NCBI GenBank assembly: GCA_964016885.1
Contig: OZ024746.1
Span: 84,568,001-84,632,000, forward strand
Direction: 5' to 3'
Origin: Eledone cirrhosa
Lineage: Eukaryota
Length of the DNA: 64,000 bases
A program made the position numbers and the translations under genes. Of this stretch, positions 1 to 14,479 are shown piece after piece (the stretch's first letter is position 1; each line of letters starts with the position of its first letter). The notes beneath the pieces were generated by a model. That model ran no database searches, was not told where the DNA came from, and saw nothing but the letters and a program-made list of their open reading frames with translations.

Positions 1-141
1 GGGTCTGTGAGAACGAAAACGCCTAATTTCACGCCTCGGTAACATTAATTAGCTAGTAGTCATTTGATTGACTTGCTCCGGTTATTTTCGTTGGCAAATG
101 TATATATAGGCACCCACCCTAGACACTCAGAAGTATACACG

Positions 142-636
<495 letters not shown>

Positions 637-774
637 TTTATTTATTGCATGTGTATAAAATCAGGTATTTATATGGTTTCCTGTTTTCATACAATCATAT
701 ACACAAACACATGTTTATAATGTATTTTTTATAGAAGTATGGATATTATGCACGCACGCTCACACACATATCCA

Positions 775-808
<34 letters not shown>

Positions 809-1465
809 CAAGTATAACAATATATATATATATATTTTCATATATATATATATATATATTAGTAATAGTAAATACACAATCACATACAGACACACATGCA
901 CATATATCTGAATATATACTTACGTATATATGTATATATGTGTTAACATGTGTGTGTATACGTGTGCGTATGTGTGTGTGTGTGTGTGCGTGCTTGTATG
1001 TATATGTGTGTGCTACATAATCTTAGTCAATGCATGAAATTTCTGAATGTCTCGTTATTTAATCAATGGATATATATGTATATATATATGCACACATTCA
1101 TACATACATGTATATATATATACACACATATGTATATATGCACGTACTCTACTAAAATATATACATATATATATATATATAAATATATATGTATGTTTGT
1201 ATATGTGTGTGTGTGTGTCTGAGAAAACAGATCTATTTAGGAGCGTAAAAAAAAACGTCAACACTCACCACCATCACAACAACAACAACAACAACAACAA
1301 TAACAACAACAACAACAACTGCAACGACGACGACGACGACGACGACGACAAGAACAAAAATAAGATCAACGATAAAATCAAGGACTTAATGAAAACCTTA
1401 CTAATATATATAATGAACAACTCTCAATAGTAAATGAACGCATGAAAGGCATGGAAACGAAGCAA

Positions 1466-1538
1466 GGGAAGCTATGGGAGAACCTGATGGTAGCAGTGTC
1501 GGGGAAGCTATGGGAGAGAACCTCTTGGTAACAGTGTC
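1466..1538 (+). repeat. Imperfect tandem duplication of about 36 bp
   Basis: GGGAAGCTATGGGAG(AG)AACCT...TGGTA(G/A)CAGTGTC occurs twice in tandem. Confidence 0.85.
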
Positions 1539-1648
1539 ACTATTTGCTTAAGGTCGTGTCAGCTGTGTGATGGGTGACAATTAATTGATGTCAACTTTTT
1601 TTTTTGCCGTAAATAATATTTGCAATGGAATTATTTTATATATATGTA

Positions 1649-1714
<66 letters not shown>

Positions 1715-1838
1715 TATGCATATCAAATTGTACAAACACATACATACATACACACGCACACACACGTGTGTGCGTGTGCGCGTGTGTGTGTATGTGTGTG
1801 TTTGCATTTGTATTTACAAACATGAATTTACAAACGTG

Positions 1839-1906
<68 letters not shown>

Positions 1907-1938
1907 AGAAAAACCACAGAGCCTCCATCTCAACTCTA

Positions 1939-1974
1939 CTTTTGAAAAGCAGAAGAACTGCGAAACCGGTAAAG
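1939..1974 (+). ncRNA. Minimal type I hammerhead ribozyme, U3:A8 core variant (family A)
   Basis: CTT-TTGAAAA-GCAG aagaa CTGC-GAAA-CCGG-TA-AAG. Stem II is perfect and stem III is palindromic, but stem I has only about 3 bp. Confidence 0.6.
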
Positions 1975-2013
1975 GAACCAAATAAATATATATATTTAAA
2001 AAAAAAAATTTTT

Positions 2014-2117
<104 letters not shown>

Positions 2118-2198
2118 TATATTTACATATGTCCCAAGGCTCTGATACCATCCCATCAACACCATAAACACAGAGCTGGCATATCTAAGAACTGACTA

Positions 2199-2254
2199 AC
2201 TGCCTGATGAGGTCATAGCCATTCAATGGCTATCATCGAAATATATATAGCAGT
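2199..2254 (+). ncRNA. Minimal type I hammerhead ribozyme (family B)
   Basis: ACTGC-CTGATGA-GGT C ATAGCCA ttcaa TGGCTAT C ATC-GAAA-TATATA-TA-GCAGT. Canonical core, 5-bp stem I, predicted cleavage after 2249. Confidence 0.88.
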
Positions 2255-2348
2255 AAATAAAGGATTATGAGTTCGTGCAATTACTTATGTTTCGTCACTA
2301 TATATATATATACACAAATACTCTCTCACAAACAAACACACACACACA

Positions 2349-2420
<72 letters not shown>

Positions 2421-2673
2421 TGTGTGCACAATGATATTTATACATTTAGGTTTATAACTATGTTATACGCACATACACATATACGCACGCACACAAAACT
2501 ATTTGTTATGTGCTTCTTGTATTCCGCACTATTTTATTCACATAATCTTGATCATAGCTATAATTGAGCACATTCAGGGAAAAATTACCTTCTCCTGTTT
2601 AGATGAGGTAAGCTTGTACTAAGAATAGCATGTGCTTTTATAATCTACTGATGGGTATATATATATTTTTTCG

Positions 2674-2778
2674 CTTTCTGATGAAGTGTAATAATTTATT
2701 ACGTAATGCATTCGATTGAGCATAGGATTATACAGTCAGTACATGTAGACCGTTATTGTACAGAAACATATGTTAAAG
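2674..2778 (+). ncRNA. Type I hammerhead ribozyme with long stem II (family C)
   Basis: CTTT-CTGATGA-A GTGTAATAA...TTATTGTAC A-GAAA-CATATG-TT-AAAG. Stem III is palindromic; A.A mismatch at 10.1/11.1; AATAAA lies just downstream. Confidence 0.65.
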
Positions 2779-2860
2779 AATGAATTCTCAATAAATTTCT
2801 CCTTCTCACCAATTCTTCTTGTCTAGTTATTCCTGTTTTACTTGGTACCATACTTGTTGA

Positions 2861-3038
2861 GGGCGGTGGATTGGCAGTATCGGTAGAGGGTCGGACGCCA
2901 TGTCGGACGCCCCTTGCCATTCTGAGTTCAAATCGCGCCGAGGTTAACTTTGCCTTTCATCCTTACGGGGTCGATAAAATAAAGTACCAGTAATGTACTG
3001 GATAATTGCTGGCCTTGTGCCAAAAGTAGAAACAATTA
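2861..3038 (+). mobile_element. tRNA-derived SINE with Nin/Deu-type core (short variant)
   Basis: A-box-like TGGCAGTATCGG, B-box GAGTTCAAATC, core GCCTTTCATCCTTACGGGGTCGATAAAATAAAGTACCAG, tail GGCCTTGTGCCAAAAGTAGAAACAATT. Confidence 0.85.
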
Positions 3039-3619
3039 TTATTATAATATATATATGCACACTCACACTCACATCGTAATAATGGTTTCTTATTGCGATG
3101 AAATAATGAAAGACATCAGCAGTGTTTATCCCAATCATTTTTCGCTGCCTACTTGATTAGGACTAGCCAAGCAGTAACAAGAATAACAACAACATTAACA
3201 ACATTAGGACGGCACTGACAACATCATCAACAAGATCGAATTCACTCAAATCTTTACGCTAGATTTTTTCCACCACTTCCCCTTCTTTCTTTCTCTTTCC
3301 TTCGTCTTCCTTTTTCTTTTTTCTTCCTCCTCACTTTCTCACCTTTTCTTTCACCTCTGTATTCTCTTTGTTTGTTCTCCCCTTCCAGCCGCCTACGTAA
3401 CTTTTTCTTTATCATTCTATTTTCTTTCACTCCTCCTCATATCCATTCTAATACTGACCACATCTACCCTGAATGCCACCCACCCTCCCTAAATACACCT
3501 CCCCCACCCGCGGCTCTTTCCCTATTTATACTGTTCATCCACTAAACCTTCAGTCTTGTCTGATGATCTTCGTAGAACACAGGTGAAGGTTCAGAATAAC
3601 AAAACTCATCTCTTAGCCA

Positions 3620-4021
3620 CAAGATTGGCAGTATTGGTAGAGCGTCAGACACCATGCTTTGCAGAATAGAGTTATGGCCCTTTACTTTCTGAGTTCAAAT
3701 CCCGCCGAGGTTAGCTTTGTCTTTCATCCTTACGAGGTTGAGAAAATAAAGTACCAGTAACACACTGAGGTCGATTTAATCGATTTTTCCCCACCCACAC
3801 CCCAAATTGGTGGCTTTGTGCCTAAAGTAGAAATCATTGAATTGGCAGAATCGGTAGAGGGTCGGACGCCATGCGCTCCAGCATAGTTACGTCCCTTTAC
3901 GGTCTAAGTTCAAATCCTGTCGAGGTTAACTTTGCCTTTCATCCTTACGGGGTCGATAAAATAAAGTACCAGTAATGTACTGGGTAATTGCTGGCCTTGT
4001 GCCAAAAGTAGAAACAATTAT
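3620..4021 (+). mobile_element. Two tandem Nin-core SINE copies (3620-3836 long variant; 3840-4021 short variant)
   Basis: Same head, core and tail motifs as 2861-3038. Confidence 0.85.
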
Positions 4022-4328
4022 TATTATAATATATATATGCACACTCACACTCACACTTACAAACACACGCAGGTACCCATGTATATAAATTTCATTAGAA
4101 ATATGGCAAGGAAATGGTTAAGTACACATTTTAGACAACTTGTCACAAACAATTCTTTGAAAACCATTGCAAATCCACCAATGTAGAGACTGGTGCGTTG
4201 ACAGGCTGAAACAACCGAGTGGGAGGTTAGACCGAACAAGCTTTATATAAAGTTCTGCTCCGTGCAAAACATCGCAAACATTTTCGATCCTATTTCGTAC
4301 TTATATTTGTTGATGTCACTGCATTTAA

Positions 4329-4535
4329 CAATTGTTTCTACTTTAGGCACAAGGCCAGCAATTTGAAGGAGAGGGGAAGGTCGATCAAATCTACCCCAGT
4401 ATCTATTGGTGCTGTATTTTATCGACCCCGTAAGGATGAAAGGCAAAGCTAACCTCGGCAGGATCTGAAATCAGAACGCAAAGGGCCATAACTCTATGCT
4501 GCAAAGCATGTTGTCCAACGCTCTATTGAGCATCT
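4329..4535 (-). mobile_element. Nin-core SINE
   Basis: Reverse complement of the family consensus (TTTATCGACCCCGTAAGGATGAAAGGCAAAG). Confidence 0.85.
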
Positions 4536-5061
4536 GCTGTATTAATTGCTGTCTTTGAAAGGCTGACAAAAATCTGGTCACCAATTCCCATATATGTGAG
4601 AGTTGTTGAAATCGGAACAATTGTCTCCGATATTAAATATATTTCAACGAAAATATTCCACCGAGAGTTTATTTATATTGATATTTATTTTATCACTAAA
4701 TGGCTTTTACAAAAATCTAGTTATTACTTGCTATGGTTTTCAAATGAAAGAGACATCAATTTAACTTGTAAATTCTTAGTAAATGATCGAAAGATCAATG
4801 ATAAAAATATTTACGATGTTGAGTAACAGTTGGATTTACTATACATTCAATGGAATTCGGCCAAAAGAAATGTGCATATTTGATAATTGATAGGAAAATC
4901 TTCGCAGCGTCGTCTCGATATCTCTCCGGTTCTTCACAAGAGTTCTACAAATACATAGGCATTGGCGAGAATATATCATACAAAATTGATAGTGAACAAA
5001 GCTAGATTGACCAAGAAATTTTATATCAGATTTGAAAAAATACGACAGTCCGATATTCTAC

Positions 5062-5133
<72 letters not shown>

Positions 5134-5555
5134 TATATAGACTAATGTAAATGCTAAACGTTTAAAACCATTTGGTGACAGATAAATGTCCGATTCTGAG
5201 GCGAAAACTTGTTTATATATTTTTTTAGTTTTTTAGTTTTGTTATCCACCAGTGTTGCTTACATTCATAAATTTCATTACAATAAGCACAGCAGGTTTCG
5301 CTCCGGTGTCCTTTCAGAGTACGAGCAGACGTACATAAGCAGGAATTAAGAGTTTAAAACGTGTCATCATATATTTTCGTCCAGCTCCAGTAACATCGTC
5401 AATATTTTTAATATGAGAGTGGTTGGTTTTTCGTCTACACTCATGAAAAGTGGCAGATAATTTAATAATAGTTGAGAAAAATGTGTGCTTTACGTTGTAA
5501 ACATTAAATATAAACCGAAGATTTAATATTTAGCATAAAGTACATTTATGTTTAA

Positions 5556-5623
<68 letters not shown>

Positions 5624-5766
5624 TATATATATATATATATACACATTTTTGTTTGTTTTTTCTATCTCGAGCACATACTCGCTTATATAAAAAAACAATT
5701 ACATTTGCATAAAGATATGAATGGGCGTCTAATATGTACATCTTTATTTCTCTCCCTAAGCAAATA

Positions 5767-5849
<83 letters not shown>

Positions 5850-6178
5850 TGCGTGCACGTGTGTGTATATATGCATGTATGTGTGTGTGTAAGCGTGTCT
5901 TCAGAGCTATCGTTCTCCTTTTATTCTACTCTCTAACTCTCTAGCTCTGTTTAAAACCATTCTCTCTCCCCCATTTCTGTCTCCCTCTATCATCTGCAAT
6001 CTCAATATGTATACCAGTAAAAGTACAAGCGTGTATATTTTTATCATATTTAGATATGTGGTTGCCTGTATGTTAATATGTATGCGTTTACACACATAAA
6101 TGCATAATCACACACATGTACACACATATATATATATATACATGCATACATATGAATCATATAATCATACACATACGT

Positions 6179-6274
<96 letters not shown>

Positions 6275-6670
6275 ACATATATATATAACATATATAATAT
6301 ATAATATAATATATATATAATATATATATAAATATAATATAATACAATAAATGTGTGTGTTTATGTGTATGTGTTAACAGTATCTGTTGTACGTAAGTTC
6401 TGTATCTGAGTATATGTGTATATGCATTTTCATCTTTTACAAAGCATCTTAATTTATATGATTTGAAGGATGATGGGTGCGAAGAGAAAATAGTTTGAAA
6501 TAAATTTTGAAATAAATTTTGAAAAATTCAGAGTCAAAAAAAAAATAGGTAAAGAAAAAAAAAAAGAAAACAGAAACAAAAAACACAATCAGAAAGCATA
6601 TAAGGGAAAAAAATTGTTGTATGAAATAAAAGAACAAAGGTAAATATGTATGTGTGTGTATATATATATG

Positions 6671-6703
<33 letters not shown>

Positions 6704-6725
6704 TAATAATATTTATTACTATATG

Positions 6726-6767
<42 letters not shown>

Positions 6768-6879
6768 CATATATATAAATAATATATATATATAGTAATA
6801 AATATTATTACTATATATATATGTATGTATATATATATATGTGTGTGTGAATATGTATTTATATATATATATATTGTAT

Positions 6880-6924
<45 letters not shown>

Positions 6925-7159
6925 TATATATATACATACATACACACACACATATATATATATAAATAAACATACATATGGAAAACATGGTTTTGGGATG
7001 ATTTCCTATTGATTGAATTTCCTAGAATAAGGGATGGAAAGGTCAGGAAAGTAAGACAGATTGAAAATAGGAAAGAAAGAAAAAAGAAAAAGTAAGAAAT
7101 GGGCGTTTGCTGTGTCTTACTCTGAGGAGACTGACAGCAAGAGCAATAGAATGAAGGGA

Positions 7160-7230
<71 letters not shown>

Positions 7231-7354
7231 CATGAGAAGAAAGAAGAATACTGCGTGGTTTGCACATGGGTTACATATGATAAAAATAGTCCTTCGTCAG
7301 TGATTTTCCAACCATCATTGGTATTTCATCGCATTATATATATATATGTGTATG

Positions 7355-7387
<33 letters not shown>

Positions 7388-7464
7388 AAAAATGAATAAA
7401 AAAAATATATATATATGAGCGAATACAGGAAAACGAACGAAACACAAGCAGTCCCATATACACG

Positions 7465-7557
<93 letters not shown>

Positions 7558-7989
7558 TAGCAGTAGCGTGATTCATAATAGAGGTGAATATGAAAGCATA
7601 TACAATTCGTTTATATATAATTGTTTCTACTTTTGCCACATATAATAAATACACATAAGTTTTACTATGGGATTTTTATAGCAGTGGTCATGTCACAGCT
7701 ACCCAAGTAATTGTATGAGAACACTAGACATTAGTATTTCAGGATTTTCATCGACATTCAGTGATAGATTATGTGTATAAAATATTTGCTGGAGATGCAT
7801 ATATTGCCAGCTTGACTGTGTGAAATTTATCTATATAAGCTGTACCCTATTCCTACCCCGGTACCTTGTAAACGTCACTGAAGATGGGTATAAATCCTGA
7901 ATCACCACTAAGGAACACCATAGATCCAGAACTACCCCAACTGCTAAGGGCGAGAACTTACATGTCATTACCCGGCCTACAGATGCATG

Positions 7990-8900
7990 CTGAGTGTGGA
8001 CCATTTATTAAGGCCAAGCTATCGTGCCCCTGTCAGCAGAATTACTGAAAGGCGATGACGAGACCATGCCCATCATCATCTTTCTTTCCATCTGGGACTT
8101 AAAAAAGTCAATGAGGGCTTTTCTAAAGAGGAAGTTGTTTGTCCACAGTCTATTCAGTTGCATTAGCCACACAACCTATTTACCATAGCCACCGGACAGA
8201 GTTAAATATGTCTACCTTTCCCAGCTAACGGTAGACTGCCTGGTGAACATCACGATGGATTCGGTCGATAGTCGGAGCTGTTTTGTACATCGGAACAGTT
8301 GTTTGACATAATACCGGAAGTCAGAACTGAACAGATACTGATTGAGAACATGCAGAACGGTTTCATAGCTCTGTGCGCACAATCGTACAAGTCCGAATGA
8401 TAGTATTTCCCTACTTGTAGGGGTTTTTTCTCCGACGATGATTCCTTTTCAATTTATACTGCAAGCTCAAGGCTTTCTGGGCTGAAAACTCTTCAGAATA
8501 TACTGTTCGGTTGATATTCATTGCCGCTAAGAGCCCCCACGAACGTATTCACTCTTATCCACCATTAATTCTCTATAGAATGTTAACATAGAATTTACAC
8601 CAGTAGCATTATTCGACTTGTAGAGGATTGTGAGTTCCTGACAGCATCCTAAATGCTAGGTGATCATTCGTTTTCTTGTCAACACCTGTCCACTGTCAAA
8701 GAATCTCTGTAAATGTTGCAGTCTCAGCACACATATGTGTATTATCAGCCACGACATACCGAAGCCTACACGCAGACGATATTCAAAGCAAATGAACCTT
8801 CTCGACAGTGGATTGCATACCTTCCTCAAGGTCTGAACCAAACAAAGCTTCTACACATCTTAACCTACCCGATAATCTAGTGCTCCATGCTGTTGCATGG
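7990..8900 (+). mobile_element. Highly decayed RTE-like LINE fragment
   Basis: Residual peptides 'SAELLKGDDETM..IFLSIW' and 'ERFHSSVRTI' resemble RTE ORF motifs; many stops and frameshifts. Confidence 0.45.
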
Positions 8901-9004
8901 ACTAGCTTTTTTAGAGGCCTAGCTCCAAGACCATCGGCTTGTTTATGTTAACATTTATTTCTGCCACAGTCTCGTATACTTTTAGACAGGCTCCAATCAC
9001 CTCG

Positions 9005-9215
9005 ACCTCCGGAATCTTCTACGTAGTCATTCGACCTGCTAGAAATAGCAGCTAAATCTTCTTCAAATATCACCTTACAGTTATAAAAAGACCACGTTGG
9101 ATAATGAGCTTTTGGGTACCTTGTATATAGAAAAAAAGATGAAATAATTATGGATGGAATGCATTTAATCATATATCTGCAAGATTACAGTTGCTGTGGG
9201 CTAAACTGCAACAAT
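9005..9215 (+). mobile_element. Interspersed repeat, SINE family 2
   Basis: Core GACCTGCTAGAAATAGCAGCTAAATC...TTGGATAATG recurs at 12545-12745 (+), 13600-13920 (-) and 20245-20850 (-). Confidence 0.7.
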
Positions 9216-9497
9216 AATAGCCTTTCGTAGAATTCATTACAAAACAGAACCTTTCCCTCTATGCTGACCTCCCACTTTAAGAGGTACTTGAAGAAGCTGA
9301 CGTCTGCGTGACCCGAAAGGACAAAGCTCTAACCTCAAACATCACTATAAACAACTATAGTGAGATATGGGGAGAGCGGGAGAGACGGGGGTAGTGACAG
9401 AGGGAGTTTGGTTCCTTTGTGTTCGGACTTTGTGTATATGTATATATGTATTTACCGCATCACATGTTACATACACACACGTTCTTCACCCTCTATC

Positions 9498-9660
9498 TAA
9501 GGGCACAAGACCACATACTTTTGGGAAAGAGACGTAGCTGATTAATCTACCCCAGGGCATGACTGGTATTTAGTTTATTGAACTGTGGAGGCTGAAAGAC
9601 GACATATCATTCGAGCGGGATTTGAACCTTGAACTAAATGTAAATAATTAAATACTGCCA
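9498..9660 (-). mobile_element. Degenerate Nin-core SINE
   Basis: GGGCACAAG...GACTGGTATTTAGTTT...GCGGGATTTGAAC matches the reverse complement of the family. Confidence 0.65.
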
Positions 9661-9932
9661 TATTGTATCGTCCCCATCTCTTATGATAATGACATAATCA
9701 TTATTTCTTATCTACATAAAGTTGGCCATTAGTGTGTGCGGTACGAGGAGTGTGCTTGATTTTGAAATAGTGTTTGTATGAACATATACGTATGGTACAT
9801 ACATACATGCAATCAAGCATAGATACATAGATGTATACATACGTAATACATACATACATACATACATACATACATACATACATACATACATACATGCATA
9901 AATACATAGATATATACATACATAGATACACC

Positions 9933-9967
<35 letters not shown>

Positions 9968-9995
9968 TGAAAGAGAGAGAGAGAGTGGGAGAGAA

Positions 9996-10042
<47 letters not shown>

Positions 10043-10438
10043 GAGAGAGAGAGAAAGAGAGAGACAGATAGAGGGAGAGAAAGGAGAGGGAATGAGATTA
10101 AATATACAGATAGAAAGATGCGCGTGGAGAGATTGCGAAATATAAGATAGATGAGAAGGAGAAAGAAAAAAAATCTACAGACCAACAAAGGAAAATAACA
10201 AATATAAATAATAATAATAATATTAATACTGATAATAACAAAAAATAACATTCCGAGCTAACATTTGGTAATTTATCAAATAAGAATATAGAATTAATAT
10301 ATTTAAAAGTGGGAAGAATTCAAAGAAAAGTTGAAGTTTTCATCATAAATGGGTTAGATTGACAACTTAATGAGGTTAGCAGCGAGGAATTTTTCTGGGA
10401 TGGAATGAATGTCAATGATGAACATGGTGGCGTGAGTA

Positions 10439-10558
<120 letters not shown>

Positions 10559-10833
10559 AAACACGCACAGACACATAGCTATACATAGGTATATGTGTGA
10601 GGATATACAGATTTTAATGTATTTATATATGCATATAAATATATATGTGCACACATATATCTATATCTTTTTCTCTCTCTCACTCTGAATATATATACAT
10701 ATATATATACACCCATATATACATACATATATATGTGTATATACATACATATATATGTATATATACTTATATATATATATATATATATATCTATATACAC
10801 ACCCATATATACATGCATATATATGTATATATA

Positions 10834-10873
<40 letters not shown>

Positions 10874-10914
10874 CTTATATATATATATAGATTGTACATA
10901 TAAGTAAATTAATG

Positions 10915-10958
<44 letters not shown>

Positions 10959-10969
10959 CTATACTTTTC

Positions 10970-11013
<44 letters not shown>

Positions 11014-11407
11014 ATAACTTTGTGTATGTATAAAAACGTCCTTTATATATTTGATCGTAGACATGACTATATATATATATATATATATATATAAGAATAC
11101 AGAAACTAATAAAAATTGAAGTGAGCAGAAAATTTTGTTCTCTATCTTATTGTATTTTTCGTATCTTTAATCTAAACTTATATTAAATATACAAATGTAT
11201 TAGATAATCAATCCTAGCTTAATCGTCAATTAATTTAATCATCAATTAATCAATTCTTTAATGATTATGTGTATTCTTAGCCTGTATACAAGCATGTTTG
11301 TATACGTGTATGTGATTCATAAGTGCATGTATTGCACACACATACATGTATGCATATACATACATATCTATATATCTATACATACATACATACATACACA
11401 CACACAT

Positions 11408-11477
<70 letters not shown>

Positions 11478-11553
11478 CGAAGGAGTTGTGGTAAGGAACC
11501 AGATGGACCATAACGCACCAGAGTACTCAATACTTAGAATAGTAGAGTGGGTA

Positions 11554-11676
11554 ATAGGAGAAAGTATGACGCCGACGACAGAGCTCAAGCCGTTTCGACG
11601 GCTATTTCTGGACTAAAGTCAGAAATAGCCGTCGAAATAGCTTGAGCTCTGCCGCTGGGGTCATACTTTCTCCTAT
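11554..11676. repeat. GC-richer imperfect palindrome with arms of about 57 bp
   Basis: ATAGGAGAAAGTATGAC...TTTCGACGGCTATTTCTG pairs with CAGAAATAGCCGTCGAAA...GTCATACTTTCTCCTAT. Confidence 0.9.
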
Positions 11677-12023
11677 ATATGAGTAGTTGTAGTGTCGAAT
11701 AGTATGTGATGCGGTATTAGTTCCGATTACCTGCGGCTTGAATTCAAATCCTGCCGATGTCAACTTTGTCTTTTATTCTGGTAATTTAAGCAACAGTCCT
11801 GGGCCAACCTTTTAGACGTTCGGTGGGATACCTTATAGTATCTGTCCCACCTCTTTACGTTCTTGCCTTGGTAAATCCCGTTCTTTGTGTAACTGATGTT
11901 AGGACAATATAAAACGTTGCGCTATCGTTAACATACAGGATATATAGTTTTCTTGCACCAGTAATACACTGGGATAATTGCTGGCCTTGTGCCAAATGTA
12001 GAAACAATTATATCATTATATCA

Positions 12024-12222
12024 TTGTTGGACAGAGTGTGTAGCTCGGAGATGATAGAGTCACTTCAGGTAGCGCCGCTACTTCTCCACATTGGGAGATC
12101 ACAGCTCCGATACTACAGGCATGTGGTTAGAATGTCCAAGGAAAGAATTGCTGGACAGATTTTACGCGCAAAATTAATCGGCAGGAAACTGAGGAGTAGA
12201 TCCTCAGCAAGATGGTTGGATA
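12024..12222 (+). mobile_element. RTE-clade LINE ORF, C-terminal fragment
   Basis: 'RSQLRYYRHVVRMSKERIAGQIL...GRKLRSRSSARWLD' matches the RTE 'QLRWxGHVxRM...GxRxRGRP..RWxD' motif. Confidence 0.85.
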
Positions 12223-12544
12223 TATATATAATTTAAACACAGAACACCAAGAACGAGAACAGGTATTGCAAAGCCTCTCGCTTGAAGCTCTAATAATTCC
12301 AACAACCCATCGTCCTGAATAAGTACATTATTTCTTTTTTTAAATTTTTATTCCGAAAGAATGAAAATCAAACCACGATGAGATTTGAAGTAAAGTATGT
12401 AATATGACTCTTTAATGATTTCTCAAATTCACTTTACAATATTTAATTCTGTCCCTCTACATTCTGGCTTTATTTCGGTCGAAGTCAACGTTTCCTTTAA
12501 ATCTATTTTGGGTTGAATATATAACACCTATCATAGGAACCTAT

Positions 12545-12745
12545 AGAGGAACCTCTAAGTTGTCACTGCATCTGCTAGAAATAGCATACAAACCTACATA
12601 AAATAACATTCTTTAAAAGGATTAAGGATACATTAGATAATGTAATTCTAGATATATTAAGTCTGGAAAAAAAAGTGGAAGTATCACGACAGGGTTATAT
12701 CTAATTATATACCTGTTTAATCAGAGCTGATCTGAGGCTAAAAAT
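12545..12745 (+). mobile_element. SINE family 2 copy
   Basis: CTGCTAGAAATAGC...GGATACATTAGATAATGTAATTCTAGAT...AGAGCTGATCTGAGGCTAAA. Confidence 0.7.
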
Positions 12746-12944
12746 TCGATAGAAACCAACCAGGTTTTAAGGAACTATTTTGTTTACACCTCGTCGAGGA
12801 TTTGTCCTTTTCATTCAACGTTGGTTTTTCACTCAAATTCTTCTATTCTTCTGCCGTATACATTATGAAATATTTCTTGCTTCACTCTCCAATTCATCAA
12901 GACTCTACTATTCTTTCTAAATCTAATCGAGTTAGGTATGGTAT

Positions 12945-13570
12945 CGTGGATCTAGTTACAATCCACGATATTCCACCTCTCTCGAAGTACCTTACGCTGC
13001 TATCTTCCTACCTTACACAATTCTCTAAGTCCTTCATATTTTAGGTTCTTTCTTCCATGCGGCCATTCCATATTGCCATCTTTTCCTAAACTCAACAATC
13101 AGGACTTTTTTAAAAATCAAGTCAGGCCATGTTTTAAAATCAGGCTGTTGGATTGTTATAGCAATATGGCTCGGAGATACGTGCTCTTTATTCAAGTTCA
13201 CTTGTATTTTTCAGTCGTTAGTCATATGTATAAGTGATTACTTGCATTTTTTTTGTTCACCCTCATGCGTTATTTACTTCCACAGAGTGCAACCTTGTGT
13301 TGATTTTTCTTGCAGTAACGCTTGCAGTGTTGCTTTGATGCAATAGCGAGGACACCCAGGTCTTGATTATGTCGCCAAACATACTCTGTATGTGATGACA
13401 TGCCTGCTTCCAGATCATGTTCCAACGAAACATAACCTCCGCACCGATGTCAGTCAGCAGTACTACCTCAATACCACCTCATATTGGCACAGGGGTCACA
13501 ATTGTTGTTCCTGTAAAACCCAAGCGTTCCATCCCTGAACATCCGATTTTTCTTTCAGACATAGTATACC
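12945..13570 (-). mobile_element. Decayed RLE-type (HERO/NeSL/R2-like) non-LTR retrotransposon fragment
   Basis: The minus strand reads 'EYVWRHNQ', 'WPDLI..KKVLIVE', 'HGRKNLKYEGLRELC' and 'EVEYRGL'. These correspond to the post-CCHC RH motif and the PD..E..K..KY restriction-like endonuclease signature. Confidence 0.7.
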
Positions 13571-13599
13571 CAAGTCTACATTATTTAATGTCTTGCTTT

Positions 13600-13920
13600 G
13601 TTTTAATTGTGATTTGAAGGATATTTTGCTACTATTTTTAGCAAGATGATCTATTACCTATATGTTCCTTCGCCGTCGTCGTCATTGTAGTATTAGTATT
13701 AGTATTAGTAGTTGTTATTGTTATTTGCTCTATGTCAATTCTGGTCGACTAGATCTATGATCAAAGGCGTTCAAGCCATCAGCATCCTATTTTTTTTTTC
13801 AGATGACTACATTATCCATGGAATAATTACATTTTAAAGACGGCAGGGTGTGTGATTTGAGGGATATTTGACTATAATTCCTAGCAGGTTAAGCGACCAC
13901 GTGGAGTCTACTCTCGTTGA
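13600..13920 (-). mobile_element. Two SINE family 2 remnants
   Basis: GTGATTTGA(A/G)GGATATT...CTA(T/C)TT(T/C)TAGCA occurs twice. Confidence 0.7.
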
Positions 13921-14479
13921 TGTGGCTGTTGATGGTGCTGTCATTTATTGCATGGTTGTTATTTCTTGTAATGCCTCAGTTCTCAGTACGTTGATATATT
14001 ATTATTGAGTTTATTGATGATGTAGGAGAATTAAGGGAAGATGAAGAGGAGAACGAAAATAAGTAGATGCTAGATAGATAGATAGATAGATAGATGGATA
14101 GATAGATAGATAGATAGATAGTGTATGCGTAATAAAAAACGATGGAGTTGGTGAATGTGTGATATTATGAGTGGCGGGATTTAGCGAGTTGGTGAATGAA
14201 GAAACTAAGTGATTAATAGAGTAGGAGTGAGCGAAAGAAGGAATAGAGCCATTTAGAGCAAAAAACTACAAAGAACTAATAAAATATTGTATGAATTTTT
14301 TTTAAAAAGTTTCTAAAGATAAAAAAAGTAATAAAGAATAGATTGAAATGAGAAAATAGGGGTCTTTCGCGATTTGTGTAAGTGGGAAATGCGGCTCATT
14401 TGGTCGGAAAACTTTTAAAGATCCGCAGAGCTGATCGGCACGAATGTATGGAAGTCGATTTTAACGTAGTTCTTTGAAC

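Noticed and set aside
2275-2298. Antisense GAAA-CATAAG-TA half-hammerhead (also 28500-28522)
   Set aside because: Neither copy has a matching core upstream on the minus strand.
2861-2940. tRNA genes suggested by A/B boxes
   Set aside because: No cloverleaf, and each is followed by a SINE core and tail.
3556-3602. CTGATGA with nearby hairpin as a possible hammerhead
   Set aside because: No GAAA-stem III-UH follows the putative stem II.
7873-7915. CTGAAGA-TGGG...CCT-GAAT hammerhead-like motif
   Set aside because: GAAT replaces GAAA, and there is no stem I or stem III.
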